Below the pieces are notes generated by a model, which was not told the DNA's origin, did no database searches, and worked only from the letters and a program-made list of their open reading frames with translations. Source: Siniperca chuatsi (taxonomy: Eukaryota). Taken from it: a stretch of 64,000 bases of DNA. The position numbers and the translations under genes are program-made. The stretch covers positions 24,413,196-24,477,195 of the forward strand of contig NC_058053.1 in the NCBI RefSeq assembly GCF_020085105.1. The letters are read 5' to 3'. Below, in pieces: positions 12,539-25,402 of the stretch (the stretch's first letter is position 1; each line of letters starts with the position of its first letter).

Positions 12539-13003
12539 ATGGCTCACTTAAGTCATGATTTTCCTCAAAGACTTGTCAATGTAATAACAAATGCTGTGAG
12601 TATATTTCTGCTGATAGTAATCTTCTACATTGTGCAGTACATATTTGATATGGACTTTGTATGCTCGTGCAGACCAGGTGTACATCTAAATGGTATACTG
12701 TACTTGACTGTCCCTCCTCTGATCCTCACCTGGGTTGTCAACATCACTGAGCCTCTCCACCAAAGGAGGATTTTTTCCAGCTGGCAAAGTCTTTGTCCCA
12801 ACAATTTCTGCAGCATTTTTTTTAAGTTGTTTATAAACTACCTCACTCTGAGTTTTGTATGGGTAGCCACTGTTCTGTTTGATGGAGACTGGTACATTTG
12901 CCTGATGACAAACCTCAACGACTCTCAGACTGGAATTCCTTGCAAAACAAATCTGAGCTACGAGGAGTACCGCATTAAAGCCGATTATAAGACTGCGTCT
13001 CTT
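12539..13003 (+). CDS. CALHM/FAM26-family channel gene, coding exon 1
   Basis: The ORF runs from ATG 12539 and ends at donor CTT|GTAAGT (13004). Protein MAHLSHDF...FLLIVIFYIVQYIFDMDFVCSCRPGVHLNGILYLTVPPLILTWVVN...FVWVATVLFDGDWYIC shows the CALHM hallmarks (F-x-C-x-C-x-PG, TM1-3, W..VA..L.DG..Y.C). Confidence 0.7.
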
Positions 13004-13559
13004 GTAAGTAACAACACACAGCAAGCAAACATGCAAAATTAAACCAAAAACAATTTGGGAAATTACATTGTTTTTTATCTTTATACAAATGCATTTTTTA
13101 ACACAATACGTTTTGTCATATATTGTTTACACGATGCAGAACACTGTACCCAATATGCAGTATGTATCCAACCCAGGACTTAATATAATGGCTGGCTTTT
13201 AAAGAAATGTAATGTTATGTTGTCAGTTATTTTGTAGGAGTAGCTGTCAATCTTCCTGTAGTATCATCTCTAAGAAGTCTTTAACTTACTGATGCAATAA
13301 CTAATACTAACATTAAATCTTGAATTAATCCAATTAAAGAAACAGCAGTTTTTCAAGTTCTCCATGTGTTTAATATTAGGAATAATGATTCATGAACATG
13401 CCACTTCAGAGCCCCCTACGGTCACTAAATCTCAGACCAGAAGAAGTTAAACCTAATTTCTTAATCAGCTTCTATGAGCGATGTGGCTCCACATGAACGC
13501 ACTATTATCTGCCAAAGTTCTTTCTTTTTGTTTTTGTCTGTGCTCTTGGTTTGAAGTGG

Positions 13560-15840
13560 GCGGTGCTTAGTTGGAAAATCAGAATCAGAATCAGAAATAC
13601 TTTATTGATCCCCGTAGGGAAACTCTTTGTTACAGTAGCTCGCCTTTACGTCAGTGCACACAGGAGAAAACGATATTATACACTATAAACAGGTCAGAAA
13701 TAAATAAATTAAGTAACATGTTGGTATAAGTATAAGATAAACTAAGTGTCGAGTACCAAGTGGGTTTACTGGTAGATGGTGAAGTACAGTATAAATACAA
13801 TGTCACTAATTATGTAATAAATAATAGTAAAAGCGGAGGTGCATGTACTGTCGAGAGTAATTGAGGTATATCCGTAACAATAAATAAGAAAAACTAACAA
13901 GGAAAACTAATATTGCACTTGAGGAGTAAACAGAATATTGCACAATTATTATTAATTATGGCGGAGATGTAATGCTCAATGACCAGTTTAGTGACTTAGG
14001 GTCAAACAGACTAATCCTTAGAGGAGGAGTTAAATAGTTTGATGGCCACAGGCAGGAATGACTTCCTGTGGCGCTCTGTGGTGCTCTTTGGTGGGATGAG
14101 TCTTCTGCTGAAGGTGCTCCTTTGTTTAGCCAGCACGTCATGGAGCGGGTGGGAGACACTGTCCAAGATGGCGTGTAGTTTGGCCAGCATCCTCCTCTCT
14201 GACACCACCGCCAGAGAGTCCAGCTCCACCCCACAATGTTACTGGCCTTACGGATCAGTTTGTTCAGTCTGTTTGCGTCCGCTACCTTTAACCTGCTGCC
14301 CCAGCATGCAACAGCATACAGGATAGCACTGGCCACCACAGACTCATGAAACATCTTCAGCATTGTCCGGCAGATGTTGAAGGACCTCAGCCTCCTCAGG
14401 AAATAGAGGCGGCTCTGGCCCTTCCTGTAAACAGCCTGAGTGTTCTTGGTCCAGTCCAGTTTGTTATCTAAGTATACTCCCAGGTACTTGTAGTCCTCCA
14501 CAATGTCCACACTGACCCCCTGGATGGAAACCGGGGTCACTGGTGCCTTGGCCCTCCGTAGATCCACAACCAGCTCCTTAGACTTTGTCGCATTGAGCTG
14601 CAGATGGTTCTGCTCACACCATGAGACAAAGTTCCCCACCGCAGCCCTGTACTCCGTCTCATCACCACCGCTGATACATCCCACCACAGCAGAGTCATCA
14701 GAAAACTTCTGAAGGTGGCAGGACTCTGTGTGGTGGCTGAAGTCCGTGGTGTAGATGGTGAAGAGGAAGGGAGAGAGGACAGTCCCCTGAGGGGCCCCAG
14801 TGTTGCTGACCATGCTGTCTGACACACAGTGCTGCAGCCGCACGTGCTGTGGTCTGCCAGTCAGGTAGTCCACAATCCAGGACACAAGGGGGGCGTCCAC
14901 CTGCATCGCTGCCAGCTTCTCTCCCAGCAGGGCAGGCCGGATGGTGTTGAAAGCACTGGAGAAGTCAAAAACATTCTCCTCACCGTGCTTGCCGGCCTGT
15001 CCAGGTGGGTGTGGATGCGGTTAAGCAGGTAGATGATGGCGTCCTCAACTCCCAGCCGGGCTGGTAGGCAAACTGAAGGGGGTCCAGGAGGGGTCTGACG
15101 ATGGGCCGCAGCTGTTCCAGCACTAGTCTCTCCAGGGTCTTCATTATGTGGGAGGTCAGTGCCACCGGTCTGTAGTCCTTGGAGCCACTGGGACGTGGCG
15201 TCTTCGGCACAGGAACGAGGCAAGATGTCTTCCACAGAATGGGGACCCTTTGAAGACTCAGGCTCAGGTTGAAGACGTGTTGAAGGACTCCACAAAGCTG
15301 GGGGCACAGGCTTTTAGCACCCGGGGCTAACGCCATCGGGGCCTGCAGCCTTGTTCGAGTGGAGCCTCATCAGCTGTCCTCTCACCTGGTCAGCAGTCAG
15401 GCACACAGCAGAAGTTACAGGTGGGGAGGGGGAGTCGTAGGTCTGGAGAGGGCCGTTAGCCTGATGGGGAGGGGGAGCAGAGTACTCAGAGGAGATTGAG
15501 GGCCGACAGCAGCTGAGTTAGAGGGGATGACCAGGAGCCGGTGTGTCGAATCTGTTAAAGAACAGATTCAGTTCGTTGGCCCTGTCCAAGCTGCCTTCAA
15601 CTCCTCTGCTGCCAGTCGGTCTGAAGCCAGTGATGGTCTTCATGCCGCTCCAGACCTCCCTCATATTGTTCTGCTGGAGTTTCCGCTCCAGCTTCCTCCT
15701 GTACTTGTACACTGTAACAGTGATGTCCCGTATTTCTGAGTGCCAATCACAAACATTTAGCAATGTGAATTCAGAATATGATGGCAGTTGGTTGTTTGCT
15801 AATGTTGCCAGGCAAGAAGTCCTCAGAGTACCCAAATGAC
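13560..15840 (-). mobile_element. 5'-truncated LINE (L2/CR1-like non-LTR retrotransposon): RT domain, C-terminal domain and 3'UTR with (TTCTGA)n tail, lying in the CALHM intron
   Basis: Minus ORFs carry RT motifs (PVPKTPRPSGSKDYRPVALTSHIMKTLERLV; ...FADD-region; KELVVDLRRAKAPVTPVSIQGVSVDIVEDYKYLGVYLDNKLDW...). The tail gaatcagaatcagaa is at 13577-13595. There are frameshifts between ORF pieces. Confidence 0.7.
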
Positions 15841-16509
15841 AATATAGTTTGTCATTGTCTTCCAGTGTTTATAAGGACAAAGTGAGTTTTTTTAGTCACA
15901 TTGGCAGCCGCAGTGAATGGGAAGACCGTCCCTAGCTTGGACAGAGCCAGGCTAGCTGTTTTCAGTATTTCTGCTAAGCTAACTGGTGGCTGTCTCTAGC
16001 TTTGTATTTACTATACAAACATGAGTGGTATCAATCTTATTGTCTAATACTCAGCAAGAAAGTGAATAAACGTATTTTCCATTCACTTATTTTCCACAAC
16101 ACTTTGTTAAGTGAAACGGGATAGAAGCCTTAGTTTAGTATCAAAGTCAAATACTTGTACACTCGTCCACCACCGCAAACCTCCACCTTACTTTTCATTG
16201 GGTGATACGATCATCACAATACTTCCTGTTTGAACACAATCATTAATTATTTATGTTACCGATGAACAAAAGAGAGAAAGAAAGGTTGTTAAATGAAGGT
16301 GCTAACGATGTCTGGTTAGCTGAGCTAATTAATAAATTATTCACTGTTCCAAGCGACCCCTCTCAACAGCACAAAAGTACTTTATGTAGGCCTATGTTTT
16401 TTTCTAGATCTCTACTGTTGAATATTCTGTAATGGTAGAAGTGTTGAAACAAATTGGAGCTTGACTGAAACCACAAACATTTTGCTTTCTGTTCCTTGAA
16501 CTACTAAAG

Positions 16510-16923
16510 AAATCTCTAAAGATTACTTTTTTTCTTTTCCATGACATTGGCTTTGGTGCAATCTGTGTTCTTTTCATTTTTTGGAGCACTGTTGAAAGCA
16601 TAAAAGCCTATCATATCAGAAAGAAGACATGGAAAAGAGGCTGCAAGATATTGTGCCCTCCTTACTACAGAGTGGTTTATGAAGGTATTCTGGATGAGCA
16701 AGTGAGTAACCATTTGAGAGACGAGCTAACAAAAATAGCATCAGAAAGAGCAAAAGCAATCTGTAAGCCCTTCCTTCGAGTTATTGAGGAAAACGAGCAT
16801 CCATTTACATGTGATGGCAACGACAACGAAAGCACAGTTTCGGAAGCCTGGGAAAAAATTTCAGCTCCAGATTTCCTCTTGATGGACCATGAGAAGACTC
16901 ACCTGCTGAAACAGAGACGTTAA
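16510..16923 (+). CDS. CALHM/FAM26-family gene, coding exon 2 (TM4 plus C-terminal helix) with stop
   Basis: The frame opens after a TGA at 16462. Phase-0 acceptors lie at 16509 and 16521. Protein ...ITFFLFHDIGFGAICVLFIFW...YHIRKK...YYRVVYEGILDEQVSNHLRDELTKIASERAKAICKPFLRVIEEN...* has TAA at 16921-16923. The segment DELTKIASERAKAICKPFL parallels the CALHM1 segment TEHAKAFAKVCIQQFF. Confidence 0.55.
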   Translation, partial: KSLKITFFLFHDIGFGAICVLFIFWSTVESIKAYHIRKKTWKRGCKILCPPYYRVVYEGILDEQVSNHLRDELTKIASERAKAICKPFLRVIEENEHPFTCDGNDNESTVSEAWEKISAPDFLLMDHEKTHLLKQRR

Positions 16924-17939
16924 CACATGAATGTTAATTGGAGAGGATGGACTCTGATGAGCAAGCAGCGTTCATACTGAAAACTTTATTAATCCTGGAC
17001 AGTTTCATGAGGACGAAACAAGACATCTTTAGGTGGTTTGATGATATAATTATAAATCATTTTCCTTATTATCAGCTGAGTCATGATTTGTAGGTAAAGT
17101 ACATTTCAGATGCCTTTCCCTCTCTCTAGTCTACAATCCAAACTTTTATTCTTTTAAAAGTTTAATGACAAATCATTCAAGTTCTTTTCGTCCCCTCCAG
17201 TTATGATATGGACACAGTCCTCATCCCTGAGTTTGCTCTATGGGGATGTCTTGATACTGCTGTGCGTTTGTATTTTAACAATGTGTCAGCCAGTATTGTC
17301 AGGAAGAAATTATAATACAGCTGTTTATGCAGTATTTTTCAATTCTGGGTTATGCCATTCTGTTCAATGGCATCCCTAAAGCTGTGCTTCTCTTAATTAT
17401 CTGAAATTGTCAAGATCACTTTCTCCTGACTGGAAATGGCAGATAGAAGCCTGATTAAAAAGAACCATGCCACCATCTGGTTGTATTACTGGGTAAGATG
17501 TTGTGGTAGAAAAGTGGTAGAGCTGTTTGTTTGAATCATACTGTATATTGTGAGTGAAAATGTGGTCCATCTGATGAATTTCAATTAAACTGTTTATGAT
17601 CATACTGATTACAGTTATTATATTTGTTGGAAGTTCTGTTCACTGTCAGTCAAACCAATCCAAGCGTGAGTTTCTTCCTTCGTGCAGTTTCATAGGAACT
17701 TCTGTTCAATTAAAATAAAGTCAGAGGATTTATATTTTATATTTAATATTATATGTAAATATACTGTATTTACAACGTTAATATAAACAGCGTGAATGTA
17801 ACTTTGATTCATTAAAATACAATGATTTGTTACAGTAAAAAAACTGATGGTTATTCTGTTTGTGTTTCATTATAAAAAAGGTGTGTTTAGCCTTTGTCAA
17901 GGTCCTGCTTTGCTATCAATTTGTAGCCGTGCTAGCGGG

Positions 17940-18400
17940 ATGGCTCTAGGGACTGTGATGCTGGTCTGTCGGCTGATCCACCACTTTGGTCCAGACTGAA
18001 ATATCTTCACAACTCTTGGATGAATTGCTATGGAATTTTGTGCAGACATTCATGGTGCCCAGAGGATGAATCCTGCTGATTTTGGTGATCCCTGACTTTT
18101 TCCCCTTTAGCTCCACCATGAGGTGGACATTTGTGGTTCAGACTGGAATATCTCGACATCTGTTAAATAGATTTCCATGCAATTTATAGATATTATAAAT
18201 AAACAAATATTCAAGGTCCTTACAGGATACATTCTAACTTATTTGGTGATGATCATTTTTCTTTAGTGCCACCAGCATGCATATCTCAACATATATCCAG
18301 TTGACTTGATGATCCTCTGACCTTTCCTGTAGTCACCATGAGGTTGACTTTTTAGTTCTTTATTGAAATATCTCAAGTGGATGAATTGTAATAACTTTGA
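17940..18400. repeat. Tandem/satellite-like repeat, about 3 units of ~150-180 bp (ccaccatgaggtggacatttgtggttcagactgga...)
   Basis: The blocks ccaccatgaggt[gt]gac, tttgtggttc and gaaatatctc recur at about 18110, 18250 and 18330. Confidence 0.45.
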
Positions 18401-19139
18401 TCCCAGGCTCAGTAGAAAGGAAATAAACTAAACATCCTCCATCCTGCAGGACAAGTTCTTTCTGTAAGAAAAGATGAAACTTTAAAAAAGCAGACAAGAC
18501 TAAGTGCCAAAGAGACAATATGGAGGTTAAAAACATGTATACCTGTCCATCAATTTATACATGCACATATCTAATTATTCATTGTGGCTGCATCATAGCT
18601 TAATATCGCTGCAAGTACAGCAAATATAGTTAGAAAACGTATGTATGTCTCTCTCCTACTTCACTTTATTTCTTTCTCAAACTGTGGGAGGACATGGGCC
18701 TAGATTGTTAAGGACAAATTAAAGTATGAAACTACCATTTCATGACAATGCGTCATGTCACATTTGAGTCTTTGAAGGAGAGTTTAAAATAGACAGATAA
18801 ATTTCTCATGACTAACTTTGTCAACACTTGAAACCTTGTATTACACAAACTTGCGGTTTTCACCACGATTAACAACCCCTACCATCCTGCAACCAGATCA
18901 TGACTGGATGTGGGCACTCTTGCAATTTAGTTGGAACAGAAATATGACGCAAGACAACAATCGTATTAAAGACAAGAACAAAACTATACTCTAGCTGTAA
19001 GCTAGATGCAAATAAGACTAAGGCCTTTAGCTTTTTAGTTTCACTGTGGTAAACTGGTGGTAACAGCAGCAAATGCTGCACCAGTGTTGTCGTGTGGATG
19101 TCAATGAATGTCATGGGAGCAGGGAACACAAGGATAGGA

Positions 19140-19640
19140 CCCAAATGCAGACTTAGAGGCAGAGCAGATGCAGTTCATCAGTTTATTACAGGAAAAGGCT
19201 TACACGTATAGTCAGGCAGGTAGAGGTCCAAATCAGGAGGGCAGCCTAAGACAGGCAAACAAATCAGACAAGGAGCAGGCAATAAACAAAATCCAAAAAT
19301 CCAGGCGAGGGCCAAGCAAAAGCAGAAATAAATCCAAGAGACTCGGGAGAAGCACAGGAAACAAGGCTGGGACACCTGACACCTGACATCTAAACCACAT
19401 ACCACTGCTGCTGCAAATGATCACGACAACTAGCTGACACTGTATAACCGAAAAAACCCGGACTAAATACACTTAAGTAGGGGAGACAACGAGACACAGG
19501 TGCAATTAATCAAGGCGGGGCCAACAATCTAAACTGGAGGGAAAGCAAACTAAGACAAACCACAAGACACACAAGGAGAGGAGAATACTACAAAATAAGA
19601 CAGGAAACAGGACAAACTATGACAAGTGTGTCATTAATTA
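19140..19640. repeat. Copy of the same unclassified repeat family as 5629-6800
   Basis: 19560-19640 (aaactaagacaaaccacaagacacacaaggagaggagaatactacaaaataagacaggaaac) is similar to 6660-6760. Confidence 0.4.
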
Positions 19641-19794
19641 CACCTACTTTTCCTGTTATGACCAGTCAAAATGTCTGCTGTGAACAGGGTCTATTAGGCT
19701 CCACATATTTGACAACATGCCTGTTAACTGTAGATACATTTTGCAGAACTGAGATCTTGCCACATTTATTTTCACCACATTCTGTAGATGAGAA

Positions 19795-19905
19795 TGTTTC
19801 TGTGCATTCCCCACACTTACTCAGCCTGTCCAGCTCTTTAGTCATTTCAATGAGGCTGGCAGCAGGTCTCTCTCTTCAGTCAGGTTGGCTTTGATAGCGG
19901 AGAGT
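19795..19905 (-). CDS. C-type-lectin-like receptor paralog 1, neck exon (approximate bounds). No CTLD exons were found downstream, so this copy is probably truncated.
   Basis: It encodes ...NMTAAKLSAIKANLTEERDLLPASLIEMTKELDRLS with donor GA|GTAAGT. 18400-19790 contains repeats but no W..GEPNN..EDC motif. Confidence 0.35.
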
Positions 19906-20318
19906 TTTGCAGCTGTCATGTTCTAAAATAAACCAAGAGACACTTTTCTGTTTATTAAAGGATCTCGGAATCAGATACCAAATAATTAGAAACAGCATCC
20001 TATGAAGTGCATGTGTGGTATATTAAAAGGTGGTTTGGAAGAAATTTGGGTGTATGTTTTTTGTTTTTTAATTAATAACAAAAGTGGCTATTTGGATTTA
20101 CTACTACACTACTGTGAATCTCCTACTGTAAATTAGTTTTTGTTTTATTAACAATAACAATTGCGATTTTATTCATTAACTGGACCTTCTTCTATGTTAC
20201 TTCTTCATTATACAGTATATGTAGTACTCCATATCTTTAAAGTAATGGCCCTCTTTTAATGCAGAGGTGCTGTATATACATACAAATATACATATATATA
20301 TATGGGATTTAGACCCAC

Positions 20319-20417
20319 AGTGGACACCGAGGCTGATGAGCCCAGCCAGCAGGAAAACACTCAGCAGCCCCAGACAGAGAACAGCTCCATGAAACCTCCT
20401 CTCTGGGCTCCTGGGAC
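20319..20417 (-). CDS. C-type-lectin-like receptor paralog 1, transmembrane exon
   Basis: ttcag|GTCCCAGG ... CCACT|GTGGGT. It encodes GPRSPERRFHGAVLCLGLLSVFLLAGLISLGVH, a signal-anchor segment. Confidence 0.55.
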
Positions 20418-20532
20418 CTGAACACAGAGAAGACCAGTGAATAGTATAATAGTAGTATGCAACAGTAATCAGATGATTACATCCATGCACAGCTCAGTCT
20501 GTCAGCCTCTCCGTCTGACTGAACATTTTTAC

Positions 20533-20593
20533 CTGCCTGATATGTTGAAGGTCGACAGGTTTGGCATTGACATAGATTTCCTCCATCGCTCAT
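20533..20593 (-). CDS. C-type-lectin-like type II receptor paralog 1, exon 1 (cytoplasmic tail). The frame is ambiguous, so this may be a pseudogene.
   Basis: ATGGAGGAAATCTATGTCAATGCC... (MEEIYVNAKPVDLQHIRQ) ends at CAG|GTAAAA in phase 0, which does not fit the TM exon. The alternative ATG at 20593 (MSDGGNLCQCQ..., phase 1) does fit. Confidence 0.4.
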
Positions 20594-23534
20594 AAAGTGG
20601 CCAACTATTTTCTAAAGGGTCAGCTCCGCAGCGAAGACTGCAGCACATGTAAATGATGAAAATCTTGCTGGTTTCAGTTTCTCACTGCTTTAACTTAGGA
20701 AGTCACAAGTTTCAAAGCTGCTAAAAGTAGTTTGTATGACAATGCTCTGCCACTCCCTTGAAGCAGCATTATTATCAGACACACCGTATTACAATTAATA
20801 TACATGTGTTGTATCTGTCAATTGTCAATATGAAAACTTGGGCTGTGTTATTATGATTGATAGCTTGTGCTACGTACACCCTGTATGTAAGATGTTTGTC
20901 TCTGTACCAATCTAACTCATGTAACATCTCAGGCCAGCAGCTGTTCTGCACCATAGACTGCAACTAATTAACAGTTAGATAAGAGAGAGTGGGGGAAGGT
21001 ACAGTGGATATGATAATCCCATGGTGACATACAGAGGTGATTTGGGGTGACAAAGAGTGGGAGGAAATGTATGCACGTGTTGGCAGGCCGGAGCCGACAC
21101 CCTGTCGATATGGGTGGTTTGATCATTGCATGGGGGGTGACTCGCACATCCTCACTGACCAGCCGCTCTGATCACACCCGAGAATGGAATGCAGCCGCCT
21201 GTGAAGATCAATAGGAAGGGGGGAAGTGTGAACTTAGGCATTTACATAGTATTGTGTACTAGGAGGAGCTCAGGCCATATAACCAACTGTTTTTGTACTG
21301 CCTCTTCAGACATAGCGGGGAGATCGCCTGGAGAGGTCTCTGTGTTGTGTCTCCAGATATATCTGTATTGTTTGATTGTTTGTAATATTTGTGGGGATAT
21401 AAATACTAGTTAAAGACATTTGTAGGTCTCCTGTGGATCCCTTCTCATCAACCAACTCGGAGAGAGGTTAGCATACCTCGACACTATCTATCTACAGTAG
21501 ATTCAATGCTTGATTGCCATTTCAACATAGTCGATAGGAATGAGGATTGGTGAGCTCGCACAAAAGTAAAACAACAAGAACCCCACCTCACATAAAGTGA
21601 CCACCTTAGGACTTAAAAATAACTTAAGTAATAATAATAATCCCATGGAGATGCTATCAGTACCACAACCAGCTAGGTTGTATACCATTGCATACATGCC
21701 CTTACAGTGTCTTGGGCAAATATCGGGTGAAAAATCTCTGGTATCAAGAATGTTTATATGACCAATAAGGTGTTTGGGCTGATTTACAGCTTTAAGAATA
21801 ATAAAATTAATTTATTGGCATAGTACTCAATAGGAAATTTGAATAAAGTGAAGAAAAGTGACGATTAGACCCCATCGTGCGCCATATTTTAAGGGGGTAG
21901 TGATGCCGTGAGCTGTACGGGAATATCTCCCTGATGGAGGCTAGACACTGGTGGTGGGTTTAATATTTTTATTCCTGTCAGAAGAGAGGGCTTTGAAACA
22001 GCACTTAAATCTTCATGTCGGGAAATAAAATGGTAAGGCTATATTTTAGAGGCCAGTAGTTTCCTGATAATTTCTTTCAAGGAAGTTTCCTTGTTTACTC
22101 TTGACCTCAGTATTTATTTGTGAAAACTTTGATGACAAATTGATACAATATATCCAGAGACTTAATTTGGATATAAAACCTCAAGCAGCATTCCTTTTCA
22201 TTAACAACTGAGATCACCTGAGTTGTGCAGGTAAATTATTTCAATGGAAGTGAGACAACCTTGTTTATTGATATTAATGGTTCAGTGCTATGGAGAATGA
22301 AGCTGCTCTTTAAATGAAGACGCTTAAAGCATTGAGAATGTATTAAAAAACAAACTGCTTCTCATTCTAGTTGGATATAACTTTAATGCATGATTTTACT
22401 GATGGAAATACATTGAATACATATAAAACATCATTAATAAACTCATCAGTGATATCAAAAATACCATGTCTCTTCACAGCTGTTTAAAATGTAATCTGTT
22501 AATCAGGAGTCGATCCAATTAGAAAGACAAAAAACCAAAGTAACCTCGCTCTTCACGTGACATATCGGTCTCACATGTTTGGACAGTCAGCCATTGTTTT
22601 ACAAATCCTTTGTTGAGCCAATTTTTAGGAGGAACTTTTGGGGCACCTTAAAAGGTCTCACAGCAAGGGACTGAATACTCACTTTCCAGAAGACACCAAA
22701 CCCATATGGATCATTGGTGTACACTGGTGGCAACTGCCACCCCTGGTGTCCCCATGTGCCCTTCCAGTAGAGAAAACGTGATGCTGTGCTATATAGGCTG
22801 CCCTACCTGCTAGAACATTAGTTGGCCTCTACGTGCCTCTAAATGGTTAAATAGTTAACAGTTACCTGTGTTTTTATTACAAAGGTGTAGTAGTTATGCA
22901 TCTGAGTCACATAATAAAACAATTTTAATCTTAATCCAGGAAGTGCTGAACCTGTCAGTGCTCTGGTGAACCAGGTGAAAGCTTGGAACACAAACACAAA
23001 AGTTTCCCGATAGCCAAGAGAAGTACATACACGATATAATTCTCTATAAAACCAAGCATATTGTTACGATGCAAAACAGATCAGGTCCCAGGTAAAAGTA
23101 AAGTCAAGACCCTAATCAGTTGGAAATATCAGTTGGAGTAATAATATTCTTATATTGCAGCCTTATTGCAGTACAGTAATGTAATAAAATGTCATTTCAC
23201 GCAATTACTTCTTTCTAATATAACATAGCCTATATGTTTACTATAGAAATACATAATAATGTACTTATACACGCAACTTAAAGATTTAGATTTTATTGTA
23301 TTTTCAAATAAAGTTTCAATTTTACATGATAAAAGGCTTTGAGGATTAGGATGAACTGATGAGTTTTCAAAGTAACATACATACAATACATATTTACAGT
23401 ATGATTAATGATTGATGAATTCCAATTTTACATTATTCATGTCTACATACAAGAACGGTTATTACTAAAGACCTTGCGTAATCATACAATGTATAAGCAT
23501 GATCACATTTATGATCTCAAAACATACACCAATG

Positions 23535-23682
23535 TTAAGCTATTTTCTTACAGATCCATGGCAGAGACGTTGTACATGACAGGTCATTCCAATTAGTGGT
23601 GAAAGGTCTGATATGTGCACAGTCCTCTTCACCCCACTGTGGATCTCCACCACCATTATCAGGCTGATTCTCCTCCCAGTCT
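23535..23682 (-). CDS. C-type-lectin-like receptor paralog 2, last CTLD exon with stop
   Basis: Acceptor cctgttag|AGACTGG. It encodes (R)DWEENQPDNGGGDPQWGEEDCAHIRPFTTNWNDLSCTTSLPWICKKIA*, matching the CTLD long-loop/WND/C..C consensus (EPN-like motif, EDC, WND..C). TAA is at 23537-23535. The upstream CTLD exons in 23683-24433 were not resolved. Confidence 0.65.
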
Positions 23683-24433
23683 CTAACAGGTTAATGAACA
23701 AGCGAATCATGAATCTGTACATCTCTGACATACACAAAGTTCCTCAGTGGCACATAATGGTCTGTAGGTGAATACATAATAAATGTATGTCTCCTTCCAA
23801 TATTTTTTTTTCTTTTAAGGGCATAATGAGCAGGATTTGTCGGTTGCAGTTTATAATCATACGATTCAAAGTTGGCCCCATGCAGAGAGCGAGAGAAAAG
23901 TAGTGGTCGAGCGAGCTAGAGAGTGAATGAAGAGAGGGAGAGGCATTAGCGAGAACAAAGTAGTGAATCAGTTAAATAAAACGTTATTTTCTGATTGTTT
24001 CACAGCTTGCTACGTCCTGACCTCAGGTTGAAACGTCCCGAACACAGCAAAATAATATGAAAATACAGGCAGAGGGCAGGGTCTCTGCAGATACAGACAC
24101 CGCCACATATTTGTTTGGTCATGAATGTTTGGTCAGTCACCACTGAAGTGAACTGCACTCATCACAAATCCAAGCAGCCTGCAGCCTCTGCTCTCTATGA
24201 AGTTCGAAACAAACTACAAACTTTATACCACCTTCTACAGGGAGTGTGTTTGATACTCAAAACTTAAATTGTTGGTTGACTAAATAATGTTGCAATGCAT
24301 GCACAAATACTGCCAAAACTACAGTAAATACTAAAAATACCATAACACAATGCAGGGTGATTTTATCATTGAAATTCTGAGTAAGAAATGTTTAAAGAAA
24401 CAGCAAGTAAATCTAAATACCACATGCAAATAC

Positions 24434-24612
24434 TCCCTGTTTGGACAAATTCTCAAGCTTTTTCAACTCTTTAGCTATTTCAACGAGGCTGGCATTCAGC
24501 AGGTCTCTTGCTTCAGTCAGGGAAGAAGACCTGTTATCACTGGCCTGGAGATGCTCAGTCTGGTTGGTTGGTGTGGAGAAATCTGCAGCTGAGCCATGTA
24601 TTGAGTTATGGT
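24434..24612 (-). CDS. C-type-lectin-like receptor paralog 2, neck/stalk exon
   Basis: Acceptor tatttcag|AC (phase 1). It encodes YHNSIHGSAADFSTPTNQTEHLQASDNRSSSLTEARDLLNASLVEIAKELKKLENLSKQG, an N-glycosylated coiled stalk. The weak donor GGA|GTATTT is at 24433. Confidence 0.5.
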
Positions 24613-25186
24613 CTGAAATAATCAAGAGACATTTCTCTGAAACACAAGATATCTTCTGCATTCATGTTCTATAGAAACAGCTATTGTATTTCACAAGACT
24701 ACATATTTCCTTATTTTGTCCCACGATTATCAATGATCATACTTAATGAAACTTATGAAATACTGCCATTCAAAGAGTGTAGTGAAACTCTGGCAGTCTT
24801 CAGTAAAGGGAACATATTTGACTGCAGTTTAATTGAACATCAAATGTAATTCAGTGCAGCTGTCAGCAGTAGAAATACAACATGTCACTGCTTTTGTGTC
24901 TTGAAAATGATACTCGTGTAATAAGCAATTAAGTTGATACTGGATAAATGCTGAAATGCACCAATTCAATTTGAACACGTCACAAAAATGAAATGAGGCA
25001 TTGTTATGTTGATTTGGCTGTTTGAGGTTTGATTGTGTACAAAATATTGAAAACAATGCAATCGAAACAAAAAATAAAATTTTTAAAAACAGGTCAGAGT
25101 AAATCATGGATGAAAAGTTAAAGTGAATGATGCTCCTATAATCATGAGTTCAGCTTGACTAACTTCTGAATGTGAACCAGACTCAC

Positions 25187-25288
25187 AGAGGACACCGAGG
25201 CAGATGAGCAAAGCCAGCAGGAAAACATTCAGCAGCCCCAGAAAGAGAACAACAGCTCCATGAAACCTGCTCTCTGGGCTCCTGGGAC
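25187..25288 (-). CDS. C-type-lectin-like receptor paralog 2, transmembrane exon
   Basis: ttcag|GTCCCAGG...CTCT|GTGAGT. It encodes GPRSPESRFHGAVVLFLGLLNVFLLALLICLGVL and is 102 nt, phase 1 to phase 1. Confidence 0.6.
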
Positions 25289-25402
25289 CTGAACACAGAG
25301 AAGACCAGTGAATACAATCAAGAATACAACAGTAATATGACAGATAATAATACACATTTATGCAGAGCTTAGTTTGTCAGCTTATGTGCTACTCATTCTT
25401 AC

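Noticed and set aside
21000-21480. Possible solo LTR (TATA-like tgtggggatataaatac, CpG-rich, followed by a tggtgg PBS-like string at about 21950)
   Set aside because: There is no second LTR, no TG...CA termini with TSD, and no gag/pol remnants nearby. This is insufficient to call an LTR element.
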